Assembly (NCBI GenBank): GCA_964016885.1
Contig: OZ024743.1
Span: 253,704,001 to 253,768,000, forward strand
Reading direction: 5' to 3'
Origin: Eledone cirrhosa
Taxonomy: Eukaryota
Length of the DNA stretch: 64,000 nucleotides
Both the position numbers and the translations under genes were made by a program. Below, piece by piece: positions 14,902 through 28,878 of this stretch. Positions within the stretch are counted from its first letter, which is position 1; each line of letters starts with the position of its first letter. The notes beneath the pieces were generated by a model. The model was not told the origin of the DNA and searched no databases. It worked only from the letters and a program-made list of their open reading frames with translations.

Positions 14902-15870
14902 GGTGTGTGTGTGTGTGTGTGTGTCCATGTGTGTGTGTAATTCTTTTGATATCGCAACATGTGTTATCGTTTTTCGATTTCCATTTCAAAACCGCATTTT
15001 TTTTATTTCATTTTTATTTATTCTTCTTTTTATTTCATACTATTTTACCATTTCCGATAAGTGTATAATGTCACTTATCTTGATTACATCTTTGATATAT
15101 TACCACTTTGATGGCGGTGCAGGGGCAGAGGTATGTAGAACAAAACAAAAACAAAAAAATAACAACAAAAAACAACCCTGTTCCTTCCGACATCACTACA
15201 CTATTTTATTCTATTTTTATATGAAAGAACAAAAGCTAAGCCTAAAAAAGAAATCCCTTCGAAAAAATAAAAATAATAATAATAATAAACCTATGCCAAA
15301 TTCTAAAACAATCAGATATTGTGAAGAATCCGCCTCCCCCCAGAAGGAATATTAGTCTACTACCATGGTCTGTAATCTCATCATGATGTTTCTGATGCAC
15401 CAATTTGATTTCTAGTTTACTTACTTCATCATCTATACTTTTTACTTTATCCCCTCACCTCTTTTACTTTTGTTGCTTGGTTTTCATCTATTATATATAC
15501 TTCATCTGGCTCATTCTTTTTGTTGTTTTATCTATACACTCCCGGTCCAGTTTTTCTTTTCAATTTTCCTTGTTGTTGGCTTTCATATAGTATATGTATT
15601 TTTTCTCATTTAGTTTTTATTTCAGCACTCCACTCCTAGCTTTTTTTTGTAGTGCGTATGTGTGTGTGTGTAGGGGGGGGGGACTGAGGAAGTTATTATA
15701 TGTGATATATATTCCATATATTCTTTATCCAGCTTCTTTGTTGTTGTTTATTTATCTCTGCACTCCTCTCTTTTTTCTTTCCTTTGTTTCTTCTATTTTT
15801 ATTAATTATGTATATATCGGTGCCCCAGCATGGCCTCAGCCGGATGGCTGAAACAGGTAAAAGAGATATG

Positions 15871-15924
<54 letters not shown>

Positions 15925-16273
15925 CTTTCTCTGCTAATAATTGTTTCTACTTTCGGCACAAGGCCAGACATTACCCAGTACATTACTGGTACTTTATTCT
16001 ATCAACCCCGGAGGGATGAAAGGCAAAGTTCTAATAATAACATCACCTTGGTACACGCTATCATCATTGATTATTATTGTCATACGAATGTGTGTTACCT
16101 CACTTTTTAATCCTTGAAATATATACTTTTTCAGTTTTTGTAATTTTAGTTTGAGTTTAAAATTAGTTTTACAGATGAAATCAATAAATATTTCCTTCTG
16201 CTTCTCATCCTAATCTTTGAGTAATGGTGGAACACTTCATTATCGTTATCATGTTTTTCTTCATGATTGGGAA

Positions 16274-17045
16274 TAACATCAACCTTAGCATTATCACCAT
16301 CCCCATCCCCATCCCCATCCCCAACATCAACCTTATCATTATCACCATCCCCCTCTCCAACATCAACCTTATCATCAACCTCATCCCCAGCCCCATCCCC
16401 ATCCCCAACATCAACCCCATCCCCATCCCCAACATCAACATTATCCCCATCCCCATCCCCATCCCCATCCCCATCCCCATCCCCAACATCAAACTTATCA
16501 CCATCTCCATCCCCATCCCCATCCCCAAAATCAACATTATCACCATCCCCATCCCCATCCCCAACATCAACCTTATCATTATCACCATCCCCATCCCCAA
16601 CATCAACCTTATCATCAACCTCATCCCCAGCCCCAGCCCCATCCCCATCCACAACATCAACCCCATCCCCATCCCCAACATCAACCTTATCACCATCCCC
16701 ATCCCCATCCCCATCCCCAACATCAACCTTATCACCATCCCCATCCCCATCCCCATTCCCAACATCAACCTTATCACCATCCCCATCCCCATCCCCATCC
16801 CCAACATCAAACTTATCACCATCCCCATCCCCATTCCCAACATCAACCTTATCATCATTCCCATCCCCAACATCAACCTTATCACCATCCCCAACATCAA
16901 CCTTATCACCATCCCCAACCCCACCGCCAACATCAACCTTATCACCATCCCCATCCCCAACATCAACATTATCACCATCCCCATCCCCATCCCCATCCCC
17001 AAAATCAACATTATCACCATCCCCATCCCCATCCCCAACATCATC
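16274..17045. repeat. compound minisatellite built of (CCCCAT)n and CCCCAACATCAACCTTATCACCAT blocks
   Basis: Directly visible; stop-free in several frames, giving the low-complexity ORFs across 16146-17156. Confidence 0.9.
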
Positions 17046-17130
17046 GTTATTCTCGTCATTATGATTATTAAGGACATCACCATTATTGTTATTATTATTA
17101 TTACTAATATTACTATTGCAAATAGACTAA

Positions 17131-17330
17131 GGCCGGTGGATTGGCAGTATCAATAGAAGGTCGGACGCCTTGCTTTGTAGCATAGAGTTACGCTCCTTTA
17201 CGGTCTGAGTTCAAATCTCACCCAAGTTAACTTTGCCTTTCATTCTTACAGTGTCGATAACATAAAGTACCAGTAATGCACTGGATTAATTGCTGGCCTT
17301 GTACCAAAAGTAGAAACAATTATTGTTATT
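17131..17330 (+). mobile_element. tRNA-derived Meta-like SINE
   Basis: Near-collinear with 41888-42072 (ttggcagtatc...tctgagttcaaatc...gttaactttgcctttcat...gtcgataa...gtaccagtaatg...gtagaaacaat). Confidence 0.75.
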
Positions 17331-18854
17331 AGTGACTGACTTGTAAAGATATGGTATTGTTAGCTCCGAAGGGTTTGTAGTTTTAAGTTGTTTTGAATTG
17401 TAATTTGTTAGATGTTTTTGTTAAAACTGCCAATAGGGTGCCCTACTTTGCTCTCTGAAAATGTAACCCAATAATATTTGTGGTTGCATAATATGTGATG
17501 CTTTGGCCAAAATATTTAAACTTAAAATTTATTCCTCCAGCCCTGCAAGCATAAAAGAATGAAGGAGACACACCTCCCGTGTTGTGCCAGCTATCATGTG
17601 ACACAGTCTTAAAGGTTGGCACTATCGTCATTGCTTCCAATAAAACCAACATCGGGTGTTTTATTGGAGGCAGTTGTTTTGTTGTTCTGTAGTGGTGATA
17701 GTGTTATCACTATCACCACTACAGGCCACTGTCGCCAACAACAACAAGAACAGCAACAATGGCAACACAAAAACAGCAAAAACAACAACAGTGGCAACAG
17801 CGACAATGACAATAAAAACAGCAGCAGCAATGGCAACAGCAACAACAGTAATAGAAACAATGGCAAAAACAGCAGCACTACTAACAGCAACAGCAATAAC
17901 AATAACAGAATCCCATTCACAGCTATGGCTGTGAAAACCACAGAACTACTTAATGTGGGCATCATTACAAGTGATGGGTGTTTGGCTGAGGCAGCTAAGT
18001 AAGTAAAAGTGGATAAAACCTTGGTCAACATAAATCTTCCTGCTGAAGTATTGACAGCAACGGGTAGACAATCTCTGATGTATTGGCATTAACTCCAAAA
18101 CGTCAACTTGAGTATTATAAAAAGGAGATGCATAAATTTTCGTGGCGAGGTGGGCCTGGAATCAAGGTTACTTGCTGAACAACCCAGTTCACTAGATCTA
18201 GATATGACTGGGATCAGTGAGAACTGCATGCACTAGCCCCCAATTTTTATGACTGGGAGATCTTCACATCTCATAGTCCGCCTGAATGGGAGGCGGGTTG
18301 GTAGTGCTGTTTAGGTAAGGCTTGGATCTCAAGGTATGGACAAGCTTCTTGGATCTAGATGGTAAATTGCTATTCATGAACATGATTAAGAGCAAAGTGG
18401 CACCTTTAGACTCATGGCCATCAACGAACCGACTAGGACTGGACGGCTGAATTTCTTCAGTTGTCTGGAAGTCTTTATATGAGCATCTCGTTCTTCACTG
18501 TCAGTGGGGCATGGAAACAACATCTTGGACGTATGCTGAGATTGTTTGGGAATAGCATATAGAATTGAGGGGGTAGTTTGCAAAGCCTCAAGAGCCTGAT
18601 CAGGCATCTCCAACTCTCTGACCAGTACTGACTAAATTTCCTGAATGCAACAATGTGGATCAACTGCATAGTGTCATCTAGAATAGATGATATAAAAGTA
18701 GGTCTTTCATTATGTTAGCAGATAGGGATAGCATAGATTGTCCACATTTCCAAACAGTCACCTATTCAGACGACAAATGTGTGATCTACATGGTTGACAT
18801 AGTAATAATATATTTTTTTTTCTTTTGTAAGTTTTCTCTAGAAATCAGTTGCTA

Positions 18855-19360
18855 GGTGAAGTGTATTAATTGGCATGCTTGTGCAGAGGGAATATAAAAG
18901 GAAGGGTGTCACGATAAAATATGCTTACACCTCTATTGGTCTTGATGCAAGAAATATTAGTTTGCAACCACTGAAAAATGTTATCAGCACAAACCAGAGA
19001 GTTCTTAGAAAATTAGACTGTGAAACTAGTGGGGCACTTTACAATCCAGACAGATAAATTTCTGGGAAATACAAGGCCAGACATAACTTTGGTGTAGAAA
19101 TGTACTGAAAAGAGGTGTTTGTTTATCGATGTAGCTTGACCAGGAAAGCTTTACATCTATGGTAAAGAAAACAAGAAAATTGTAAAGTATTCCTACTTGA
19201 GAATAGATTTAGGCAGAATATGGAATATGAACGCAGGAATAGTACCAACTGTGATTGCAGCTCTTGGGTTAGTGATAGATAATCTCCAGAAAAAACCTTG
19301 AAAGGATTGGAGTCAGTGCCGGCATTATAACATAGCAAAAAAACAACACTTTAGGAACAT
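18855..19360 (+). pseudogene. decayed restriction-like endonuclease (RLE) domain of an R4/Dong-type non-LTR element
   Basis: Hand translation from 19068: NTRPDITLV*KCTEKRCLFIDVA*PGKLYIYGKENKKIVKYSYLRIDLGRIWNMNAGIVPTVIAALG, matching the PD..D..K RLE of 62054-62425. Upstream LVQREYKR. In-frame stops explain its absence from the ORF track. Confidence 0.75.
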
Positions 19361-20219
19361 GAAAAAACAACGGAAAGTATTGTCTATCTGAGGTTACATA
19401 ATTTTATGTTGAGTCAATTAAATGATTTAGTGTTAATAAGATCATCACTTTGCAAATGAATAATACTGATAATGATCTAGTAATATATAATATGCTTGTG
19501 TATTTGTCTGTCACAATCGATGACTGAGGAAATAAGGGGTGATGACAAACTGAGAAAGGAAGAGGTGATAATGTCGATTGAGAATGGAAAGGGTGAAATT
19601 ATGTTGACTGAGAAAGAAAGGGCTGATAATGTCAACTGAGAAAGGAAGAGGTGATAACGTCAACATAGGAAGGAGAGGGTGGCAACATCCAATATTCATT
19701 ACATTTGTGTGTGTCTATATGTACGGTGAGTTGGCTACACGCATTGGCTGTTATGATTATGTGTGTGTTTGTGTGTTTTTCTAAATTATATTTATATATA
19801 AAATTTGTGTGAGGGTATCTGTGTTTGTGTGTGTTTAGATAGAAAGGTACATAGACAATAGAATTATAAACACAAACGAATCTACATACACATATATATA
19901 AACAGACACACTTGGAAAAAATAACTATTATATACACACACATCTATGTGATGACTGACGAAGGAGGAGGCGAGAAACTATAGTAGTCCAACGTTATAAG
20001 ATTCGTCACAGTTGTGTGTTTGTATGTCAAGGGATTTGGCTACACACATTGACTGTGCGTATGTATGTTTGTATCACTTGTGTGAGTGAGCGCAAAGGAA
20101 CTAACCAACCAACAAAAATATGAAAAAATAATATTAAAAAATCTCTTTTATTATATTATGTATACTTATTACAATTAGTCATCATTTTTGATTGGGCAGG
20201 CTAGAAATAATGATAATAA

Positions 20220-21170
20220 TGTTTTCTTTATTAACCACATTAAGGGCGGTACAAGACAGTAGAAAATGGGTTTCTGCATGTATGAAAGAAAAAGAAAACA
20301 GATGATGTAACTAAAAAATTCAAACCAATGGAAAATTCTACAATAGAGGGAAGAATTCTGAGGATCCCGCAGTGAGAGAGCCCACAAAAGCCACAGTGAC
20401 ACTGACTACAAGGGCAAATACCCTCTCGCAGTTTTCAACCTCCACTCTACAGGTGCATAGTCAGAGCAGGCCATGATCACCTCTCTCACACATCTTACAA
20501 CAAATTGCTGCAAACAGAACATTTCCCTCTCCACCCTGATTTTCCTTTTCAAATTTGAAAAAGTTAATCAGGGCTTCACCAAAGAGGTAGTACTTGTCTT
20601 CAGTCTTTCCAAACGTGTCCACCGCACTACCTTTCTCGCCATGGCCGTGAGGCAGATAAAAACTGCCTGCTCTTCCCAACAAAAGGAAGTCATCGGAGCA
20701 ATCCTCACGATGGACTCAGTTGATAACAGTATCCATCTTACATGTGACAGCAGGTGTTCGACATAAACCCACAAGTTAGCAATGCTTGGACACTTGATGA
20801 GTGCATTCATTACCCTATGACATCTTTGACAGGTCTGGCTGATGGCACTTCCATGCCTATGGAGTTTATCCCGAACTAGCCAAGCTCCTCGGTAGCACAG
20901 GAAATTGTCCTTGGGCCCAGCCCCCAAATTCTCCTGAAGAGATTAGCTAGTTGATTTTCATCGACGCCCATGGTCTTTCCAAATACATTGTTGCTCTTAT
21001 CCTCCACTAACCCTTTATAGAACACCAAGGTGTAGTTTCCTCTGATTCTAGTTCCCAATTCTCTGAGGGCTGTGTGTGCCTGAAGACATTCCAGTCTCCA
21101 AGTGTTCCCTCTCAGTATTCTTCCTCCAATTTAGAAAAGCATAGTCAGAGTTTGACCGTTCAGCCATGTC
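20220..21170 (-). mobile_element. 3' fragment of a Tx1/L1-clade LINE (zf-RVT/CCHC C-terminus), frameshifted
   Basis: ORF 20568..20927: CYRGAWLVRDKLHRHG...CQRC...ALIKCPSIANLWVYVEHLLS resembles the L1/Tx1 C-terminal zinc-binding region; aataaa near 20227 on the minus strand. Confidence 0.6.
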
Positions 21171-22655
21171 CTACTCGCCACTCTTAGCCTACCATCACCA
21201 TTAAAATCCACGTTGTAATCATCATTATCAACACCATCATTATAATGATCATGATCGAGCAGTAATCATCCTCATCATCATCATCATCCTCATCATTTCC
21301 ATAACCACCATTATCATTCAAATCCTCATTGTGATGATTATTATTATCACCATTCTAGTCACCATCAACTGCACCATCATCATTTTCCCCATCTCTATCC
21401 ATGCCATCACACATTACATATGAATTCTCTATATTGATATGGATTGGAAAGGCTTGTAATAAAGCAATCCTACCTCTAATTCTCAACCCCATCACACCAC
21501 TTTACTGTACTCAGGTGACTCATATCATGTTTTGTCCTTCTATACAATTTAGATGAACATTTCGGCTGCAAATTTTTTTGTATTATATGAGTTGACTTTT
21601 GTATCGGTAGACATTGTGGTGAATGGAAATATTTCTCATAATCATTGCTATTTACACTTAAATCATCCACACAAACACAAAATCACTCACACACACCCTG
21701 ACATAACCACAACTAGACAGGGACACACAACCACAAACATACACAGACATACAGATACTTACATAACCACAACCACAACCACACTCATACACAACTAGGC
21801 AGATACACAATGACACACAGACAGACAATGAAACATGCAAAATTACACACAGATGCATAATGTGCCAACTAACAGACAACCCCTCCCCCCACACACACAC
21901 ACGCACACACACATAGACACAACTGCATACTTCCACAACCACTCACATAATATAAGCCAAACAACCACAGAAACACACTCATGCATAAACTTACATATCT
22001 ACATTAACATATATGCATAGAGGCATATTCATTGAAGGCGACATACTCATAGACACAACTTTACAGGATCACATCCATGCACAGATGAACAAACAAACCT
22101 ACACACATATTCACATCCACACAGAAGCCTAATCTCGTGCAAACAGGCCTATACACCCCAACACAACCCCATTCACACTGAGGCCCAATCTCAAAGACAC
22201 AAATACACACAGATGCACAAATGAACTTATACGATCCACATCAACACAAAGCTGTACACAACTACCCACACTCACACATTCACACTAAGCTGGCTATATA
22301 AGCCTACTTTATACCTGGCAGTAACTGAGGCATAGTTGTGTCATTGAGCTCATGATTTCAGCCAGCACCCTTCTAATGACAACTTTTGTCAGCCTCATAT
22401 AAATATCATCATCATCGTTTAACATCTATTTTCCACATTAACATGGGTTAGACGAGATTGTCCCATTAGACGCAAGGTGGATCAGGTGACCATGCCTTAC
22501 TCATATAGGACAGTTTCTGGCTGGTTTTCTATGGGTGGATGCCCTTCCTAATGCCTACCAAATTTACAGTGTGTGCTAAGTGCTTGTTGCTGTGTCACAT
22601 ATACGACAACTTTACAGCGTGGGCCAGGTGCTATTTGTCGTGACACAAATAAACA

Positions 22656-22742
<87 letters not shown>

Positions 22743-22743
<1 letters not shown>

Positions 22744-23165
22744 ACCCAACGTTAAACAAGGTTCATTGATTATTCAATGAATACAGTTTTACAATAGATT
22801 AAAAGCACCCAACTGTGAAGTTTTCCGGAGTTATTAATATTATTCAAAATATTGATAAATGGTTCCATTCACATAATCAAAATATGTTTTATTGTATATA
22901 TTTCGGAGGTACTGTGTTGTTTTTTCAGTACGTCCTCATCAGATAAAAAACATAAATTGATGCATGACATACCTCAACTGTGCTGATCATTCAATTCCAG
23001 ACTGGAATTGAACCATCAGCACAGTTGATGTATGACATGCATCAATTTATGTATTTTATCTGATGAGGACATACTCATAAAATAACACAGTACCTCCGAA
23101 ATATATACAATAAAACATATATTTTGATTATGTGAATGTAACCATTTATCAATATTTTGAATAAT
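22743..23165. mobile_element. fold-back insert in (TA)n with hammerhead motifs in both arms (family C)
   Basis: Arms ~22838-23000 and 23002-23165 centred on caattccag-a-ctggaattg. Plus arm 23054-23115 reads ttttat-CTGATGA-gga..tcc-GAAA-tat-ATA-caataaaa; tail 22743-22837. Confidence 0.8.
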
Positions 23166-23187
23166 ATATATATATATATATATATAT

Positions 23188-24300
23188 AAACAGAACCCAG
23201 ATCCCCTCAGGGAAATGGCCTTACTCAGTATAGGTAGGAACTCCATTCTCTGCCCCAAATGCAAACAATCGGTACACAAGAGATATAGCGGGATCTCAGG
23301 AAGCTTAATTAACAATGTAATCTTCACATGCAGCAGCTGTACTGGGCCAGCATGCAGCAAAGAGCCACAGGATACAAGTACCACACATCTCTGGGAGGGC
23401 TCGGTAGAGACAGTAGACAGCTTCTGCTACCTTGGTGACCGAATTAGCAGCGGAGGTGGGTGTTCAGAAAGTACAATAACTAGGATAAGAACGGGATGGA
23501 AGAAGTTCAGGGAACTACTACCACTGCTAGCTGCAAAAGGCTTCTCCCTCAAAATGAAAGGCAGACTGTATGATGCGTGTATCCGAACAGCAATGTTACA
23601 TGGTAGTGAGACCTGTGAGCTGAAAGTGGAAGACTTACGTAGATTAGAAAGAAACGAAGCCTGCATGCTCCGATGGATGTGTAATAGTAATATACGCGAA
23701 CGACAAAGCATAAATGAATTGAGAGAGAGACTGAGCATAAGAGGAATCAAATGCTGTGTGCAGGAGAGGCGGATTCGTTGGTATGGACATGTGATGCGTA
23801 TAAAGGGTGACAGCTGCATAAAAAAGTGCAGAGTACTAGAAGTCGATGGAAACCGCGGAATGGGGAGACCTAAGATGACCTGGGATGAGGTGATAAAAGC
23901 CGACGTTACCCAATTACACCTCTCAAAGTCTATGACACACGACCGTGACCTCTGGTGTCACGCAGTAATACAGAGTACCCGACCTCCCATGGGTACAAGC
24001 TGAAGCATATAGACAATATGCCCCCACACACCCCACCGCAAGGTGGTCGTGGAGGTGCCACGATAAAAAAAAGCATGCAGCCCACACTGTAAAGCGGACG
24101 TGTAGGGGCTACGAAAAAGCACCCAGTACTCACTGTAAATGAGGTTGGTGTTAGGAAGGGCATCCAGCTGTAGAAATCAACCCAAATCAGTTCCTGTATG
24201 AGCAAGGCATGGTCAGCCGACCAGACACTGCCCACAACAGGACAACCCGTCTAACCCATGCTAGCGTGGAAGAACGGACGTAAAACGGTGATGATGATGA
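23188..24300 (+). mobile_element. 5'-truncated RTE-clade LINE (RT C-terminus plus 3' UTR and (ATG)n tail)
   Basis: ORF 23215..24003: VDSFCYLGD..SSGGG..RIRTGWKKFREL..KGRLYDACIRTAMLHGSET..LERNE..MLRWMC..RWYGHVMR..GRPK.TW, typical of RTE; Cys-rich insert at the N-end; ends gtgatgatgatga. Confidence 0.9.
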
Positions 24301-24377
24301 TATATATATATATATAGGAACCAGTAAGACCCCGACGGCTGAGCTGGTCCACCTGGTTCCTTACCACATTTCCTTCG

Positions 24378-24413
<36 letters not shown>

Positions 24414-25510
24414 TCATTATCATCATCATCATCATCATGTCATTTAGCATCCAATTTTCCATGATGTATGTATATAAATGTATGTGTGTGTATGGCTCTG
24501 TGTGTGTGTACATATATATATATATATTATCCCTAGCATCTCTCAGTGTCAAGAGTTTAATTCCATAGAATATATCCTATGTGTTCTAAGTATGAACCTA
24601 TATTTTTTTACCTAATGATACACTATGTATGATAAAGAGATGGGAAATGGGGGAGCAGCTGGCTTCATGAACCCTTCTTCAGCCTCATGTTTTTCAAAGA
24701 TATCTCTTACAATTTTTTTTAAATACTTTCAAAGTCGTCCAGTCCAGTATAGCTATGCTCATCCGTTCTCAATGTTGACCCACAACCTTCTAACAGCTGT
24801 TTATCTTGACCTCCCTTTAACAGTTACTTCCAAAGAGTCCTGTCTAGCAGAGTATTTTCTCCTGTAGAACGGATGATCAGCTATCCACACGAAATATTCA
24901 ATATTTAAATAAAGGTTGTGAATGTTTACTTTCAATGATCCTTTTTCTGTCATTACAGAGTTCCTACTCAATAATGCATTCCATTTCCTAATAAGACTGA
25001 TCATAAATCAGAGATATGATAAACAAGTGATGTAAAATCACTCAACTATAAACAAACCTTCAATATAAATTTATTTTACCAATGACTAATCTCCAGATTT
25101 TACAATATGTGTATGATATATATAAATGCATGCAACATTATATAAAACATGCCGTTGTTTATAGCGTTGTTTCTACTGCTACTACTACTACTATCATTAT
25201 TATTATTATTATTAATATTAATATTGTTGCTGCTGTTGTTGTTGATGTTGCATTTCTTGATAATTATGCTACTGGTGCTGGTGATGCCAGTGTCGGATTT
25301 TATTATCTAACCAGTCAATTTCCGAAAAAGTTTTTATCTTCAAAAATTTTGTTTGGAAAATTTTGGTTTCAAAAATCAATATTTGCGATAGAATTTCAAT
25401 CTTAAGATATTGGTTTCTGGGTCAAAGGTGAAAATAAAATAGAAACTTCATGCAAATTATCAATGCCATGTTAATTAAACAATCGTTATTTTCTATATAT
25501 TGTCATTCTT

Positions 25511-25529
25511 CTTCTTATTCTTCTTCTTC

Positions 25530-25614
<85 letters not shown>

Positions 25615-25616
25615 CG

Positions 25617-25693
<77 letters not shown>

Positions 25694-25707
25694 GTTATTA
25701 TTATTAT
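25511..25707. repeat. (TCT)n/(TAT)n/(TGT)n compound trinucleotide microsatellite
   Basis: Directly visible. Confidence 0.95.
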
Positions 25708-26103
25708 ATTTGTTTCTATTTCTTCTATCTTTCCCTCTTCATTCATTCTCCCTCTCTTTTTCTTTCTTCAGTTGCTATGTTTAATCTAATTTTATGCATT
25801 TTCAGAGAATTTACCAATTATTTCTTGAAGAATCTTCTCATCTATTGTTGGTACATAGACATTTTGTAAGAAACGGTAAACTTCCAGAACATTCTCATAG
25901 CATATATTTGTTTATAAATCCACTTCATTATTTCTCAGAGTAATTATTCTTTCATACACCATTAATTTCCCAGTCATTGCATTTTTTCTAACTGTTTTAT
26001 AAAGGAAAAGTTTCTTTATATTTTTCAAATTGGAAGAATAAACAATATTTGCAGGTGTTTTGTTTTCTAAGTTTTCAGATTTCATGTTTGTGGGAATACA
26101 TAC

Positions 26104-26134
<31 letters not shown>

Positions 26135-26138
26135 CATG

Positions 26139-26185
<47 letters not shown>

Positions 26186-26191
26186 ATATAT

Positions 26192-26525
26192 GGAGGCACA
26201 TAGATTAATGGGTAGAGCATTGGCCTTGCAATTGAAAGGTTGTGAGTTCAATTCTCAGACTAATGATGTGTTGTTTCCTTGAGCAAGATATTTATTTCAC
26301 ATTGCCCCAGTTTACTCAGCTGTAGAAATAATATTATAGGACCGGGGTCCCTATCAATCCACTGTAAAGTGGTCGTGGAGTTGCCACGGAAAAAAAGCAC
26401 ACAGCACTCACTGTAAATGAGGTTGGTGTTAGGAATGGCATCCAGCTGTAGAAATCAAGCCAGAATCAGGTGCCATCCCACCCTTGCAAGCAGGGAATAG
26501 CGGACGTAAAATGATGATGATGATG

Positions 26526-26527
<2 letters not shown>
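26192..26527 (+). mobile_element. full-length tRNA-head / CORE-like / RTE-tail SINE
   Basis: tRNA-like head ggaggcacatagattaatgggtagagcattggccttgcaattgaaaggttgtgagttcaattctc; ttgtttccttgagcaag core; 3' part matches the RTE 3' UTR (cactgtaaatgaggttggtgttaggaa.ggcatccagctgtagaaatcaa) and (atg)n tail. Second copy at 61175-61521. Confidence 0.8.
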
Positions 26528-26582
<55 letters not shown>

Positions 26583-26586
<4 letters not shown>

Positions 26587-27394
26587 TCATCATCATCATC
26601 ACCGTTTTATGTCCGTTTTTCCATGCTAGCATGGGTTAGACGGGTTGTCCTGTTGTGGACAGTGTCTGGTAGACTGACCAAGCCTTGCTCATATAGGAAC
26701 TGATTTTGGCTTGATTTCTACAGCTGGATGCCCTTCCTAACACCAACCTCATTTACAGTGAGTGCTGGGGGCTTTTTTCGTGGCGCCTACACGTCCACTT
26801 TACAGTGTGGGCTGGATGCTTTTTTGCCGTGGTACCTCCACGACCACCTTGCAGTGGGAGGGTGTGTGGCATATTGTCTATATGCTTCAGCTTGTACCCA
26901 TGGGAGGTCGGGTACTCTGTATTACTGCGTGACGCCAGAGGTCACGGTCGTGTGTGATCGCCTTTGAGAGGTATAATAGGGTAAGGTCGGCTTTTATCAC
27001 TTCATCCCAGGTCTTCTTGGGTCTCCCGCGGTTTCAATTGACTTCTAGTGCTCTGCATCTTTTTATGCAGCTGTCATCCTTCATACGCATCACATGTCCA
27101 TACCAACGCATCCGCCTCTCCTGCACACAGCATTTGATTCCTCTTATGCTCAGTCTCTCTCTCAATTCATTTATGCTTTGTCAATCGCGTATATTTCTAT
27201 TACACATCCATCGGAGCATGCAGGCTTCGTTTCTTTCTAATCTACGCAAGTCTTCCACCTTCAGCGCCCAGGTCTCACTACCATGTAACATTGCTGTTCG
27301 GATACACGCATCATACAGTCTGCCTTTCATTTTGAGGGAGAAGCCTTTTGCAGCTAGCAGTGGCAGTAGCTCCCTGAACTTCTTCCATCCCGTT
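26583..27394 (-). mobile_element. 5'-truncated RTE-clade LINE, same family as 23188-24300, opposite orientation
   Basis: ORF 27181..27444 shares TGWKKFRELLPLLAAKGFSLKMKGRLYDACIRTAMLHGSET; 3' UTR and (cat)n tail at 26583. Confidence 0.9.
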
Positions 27395-28513
27395 ATATAT
27401 ACACTCCATTTCTTTTCTTTATACACACATAAACACACACACACACATATATATATACGTGCACATAAACATACACATTCAAGAGTGCCAAAGTGATTAG
27501 GAGTCCAAGTGTGAGAGAAAAGAGAAATTCATAATATATATGCTCCCATGTGCAAGTGTCTATGTTTAATTGTCAATTAAGTGTGTATGTATGTGTTTAT
27601 ATGTGCATCTATATGTAATTTTCAGTTACATGTATATATATATATATGTAAGTGCTTATGTGTGAGTGAATATGAGCATGTATTTTGTGTTTATAGTAGT
27701 ATATATTATAGGCAAGTAGGTGTGTATCGTTGTATTACATGTGTATACATATGAGTATATGTAAGTGTGTATAATTGGAGGTAAGAGAAAATCGTATGGC
27801 TGAGTATTTCATAGATATGCATACCTTTGATGTAATTTCTTTTAGCAAAATAACTCTGATATAATGTGTATTTTACAGGTACAATCGATTTTGTATTAGA
27901 GTGTAAGTGGGTGATCAATCCACAAACATGTGTACCCTTAACATTATTCTCGGTTTAGATCTTTCAATAACAGGTACAATCATTCTTGTAATATAGTGAA
28001 AATAGCAAAAGGCAGTGGATTGGCAGTATCAGTAGAATATCAGACAACATGCTTTGCAGCATACAGTTATGACTACCTAATTTCACATGTAAGACTTAGG
28101 CTCACTGGAAACATATGTCCAAATTGCCAAACAGTATAACGAAAACTCAGAATTTAATATTTTCAACCATAGAACACTTACCTGATGTCTCATGAAATAA
28201 TATACCAGCAAGTTGCATTATGAGTACAATATATTTTCTTTCACATTATGTGCATTTTCAATAGAAAGATAGTATACATCCAACATATGACAACTAAGAT
28301 AATATTGGTGTAAACCATGCTAGATTCATTTAAACTTAGAGTTTTTTGGTTATTAGATTTGATTATTGAGATGGTTTTTTACTTTAAATATATTCTACCC
28401 ATATAATACACTACTGCCTCAAGGCATGACATAACTCAAGACAAGATATATGTATGCATATATATGTATATACAACGGGGTCCTACTTGTTCCTATATAT
28501 ATATATATATATA

Positions 28514-28830
28514 AGTGGTTACACAACAGTTAGTTCACCATACGGAGAACAATTGTTTCACCTTAGCGGATCCCCAGCTCGTAATGGACATGGTTATACG
28601 GAACAGTAAGGACAACCATACGAACGCGCATGCGCAGAATCCATCGCATGCGCATTCGTATGGTTGTCCTTCCTGTTCCGTATAACCACATCCATTACGA
28701 ACTGAGGATCCGGTAAGGTGAAACAATTGTTCTCGGTATGGTGAACTAACTGTTATGTAACCACGTCTACCTAACTCGTCCCATGGACTGAGTGCTCTAC
28801 CATTACGGATATTACCTTCCAGTGTTCTAC

Positions 28831-28833
<3 letters not shown>
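28514..28833. mobile_element. fold-back insert in (TA)n with hammerhead motif and one-sided tail (family D)
   Basis: Arms ~28515-28634 and 28645-28764 are reverse complements; tail 28765-28833. Plus-strand 28698-28735 reads cgaa-CTGAGGA-tccggtaaggt-GAAAC-aatt-GTT-ctcg. Homologous to 33610-33792. Confidence 0.85.

Positions 28834-28878
<45 letters not shown>

Noticed and set aside
14312-15355. Many overlapping YI/CV/HT-repeat ORFs here and throughout the window
   Set aside because: They are (TA)n and (TG)n microsatellite translations.
16146-17156. Long ORFs on both strands (168-310 aa; SP-, IP-, MG- and DG-rich)
   Set aside because: These are translations of the (CCCCAT)n minisatellite, which lacks stops in several frames; no unique coding content.
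17609-18031. Q/N/S-rich ORFs suggesting a low-complexity protein exon
   Set aside because: Degenerate (CAA/CAG)n repeat; no splice or homology support.
26192-26265. tRNA gene candidate
   Set aside because: It continues into a SINE core and LINE tail and lacks a proper acceptor stem; it is a SINE head.
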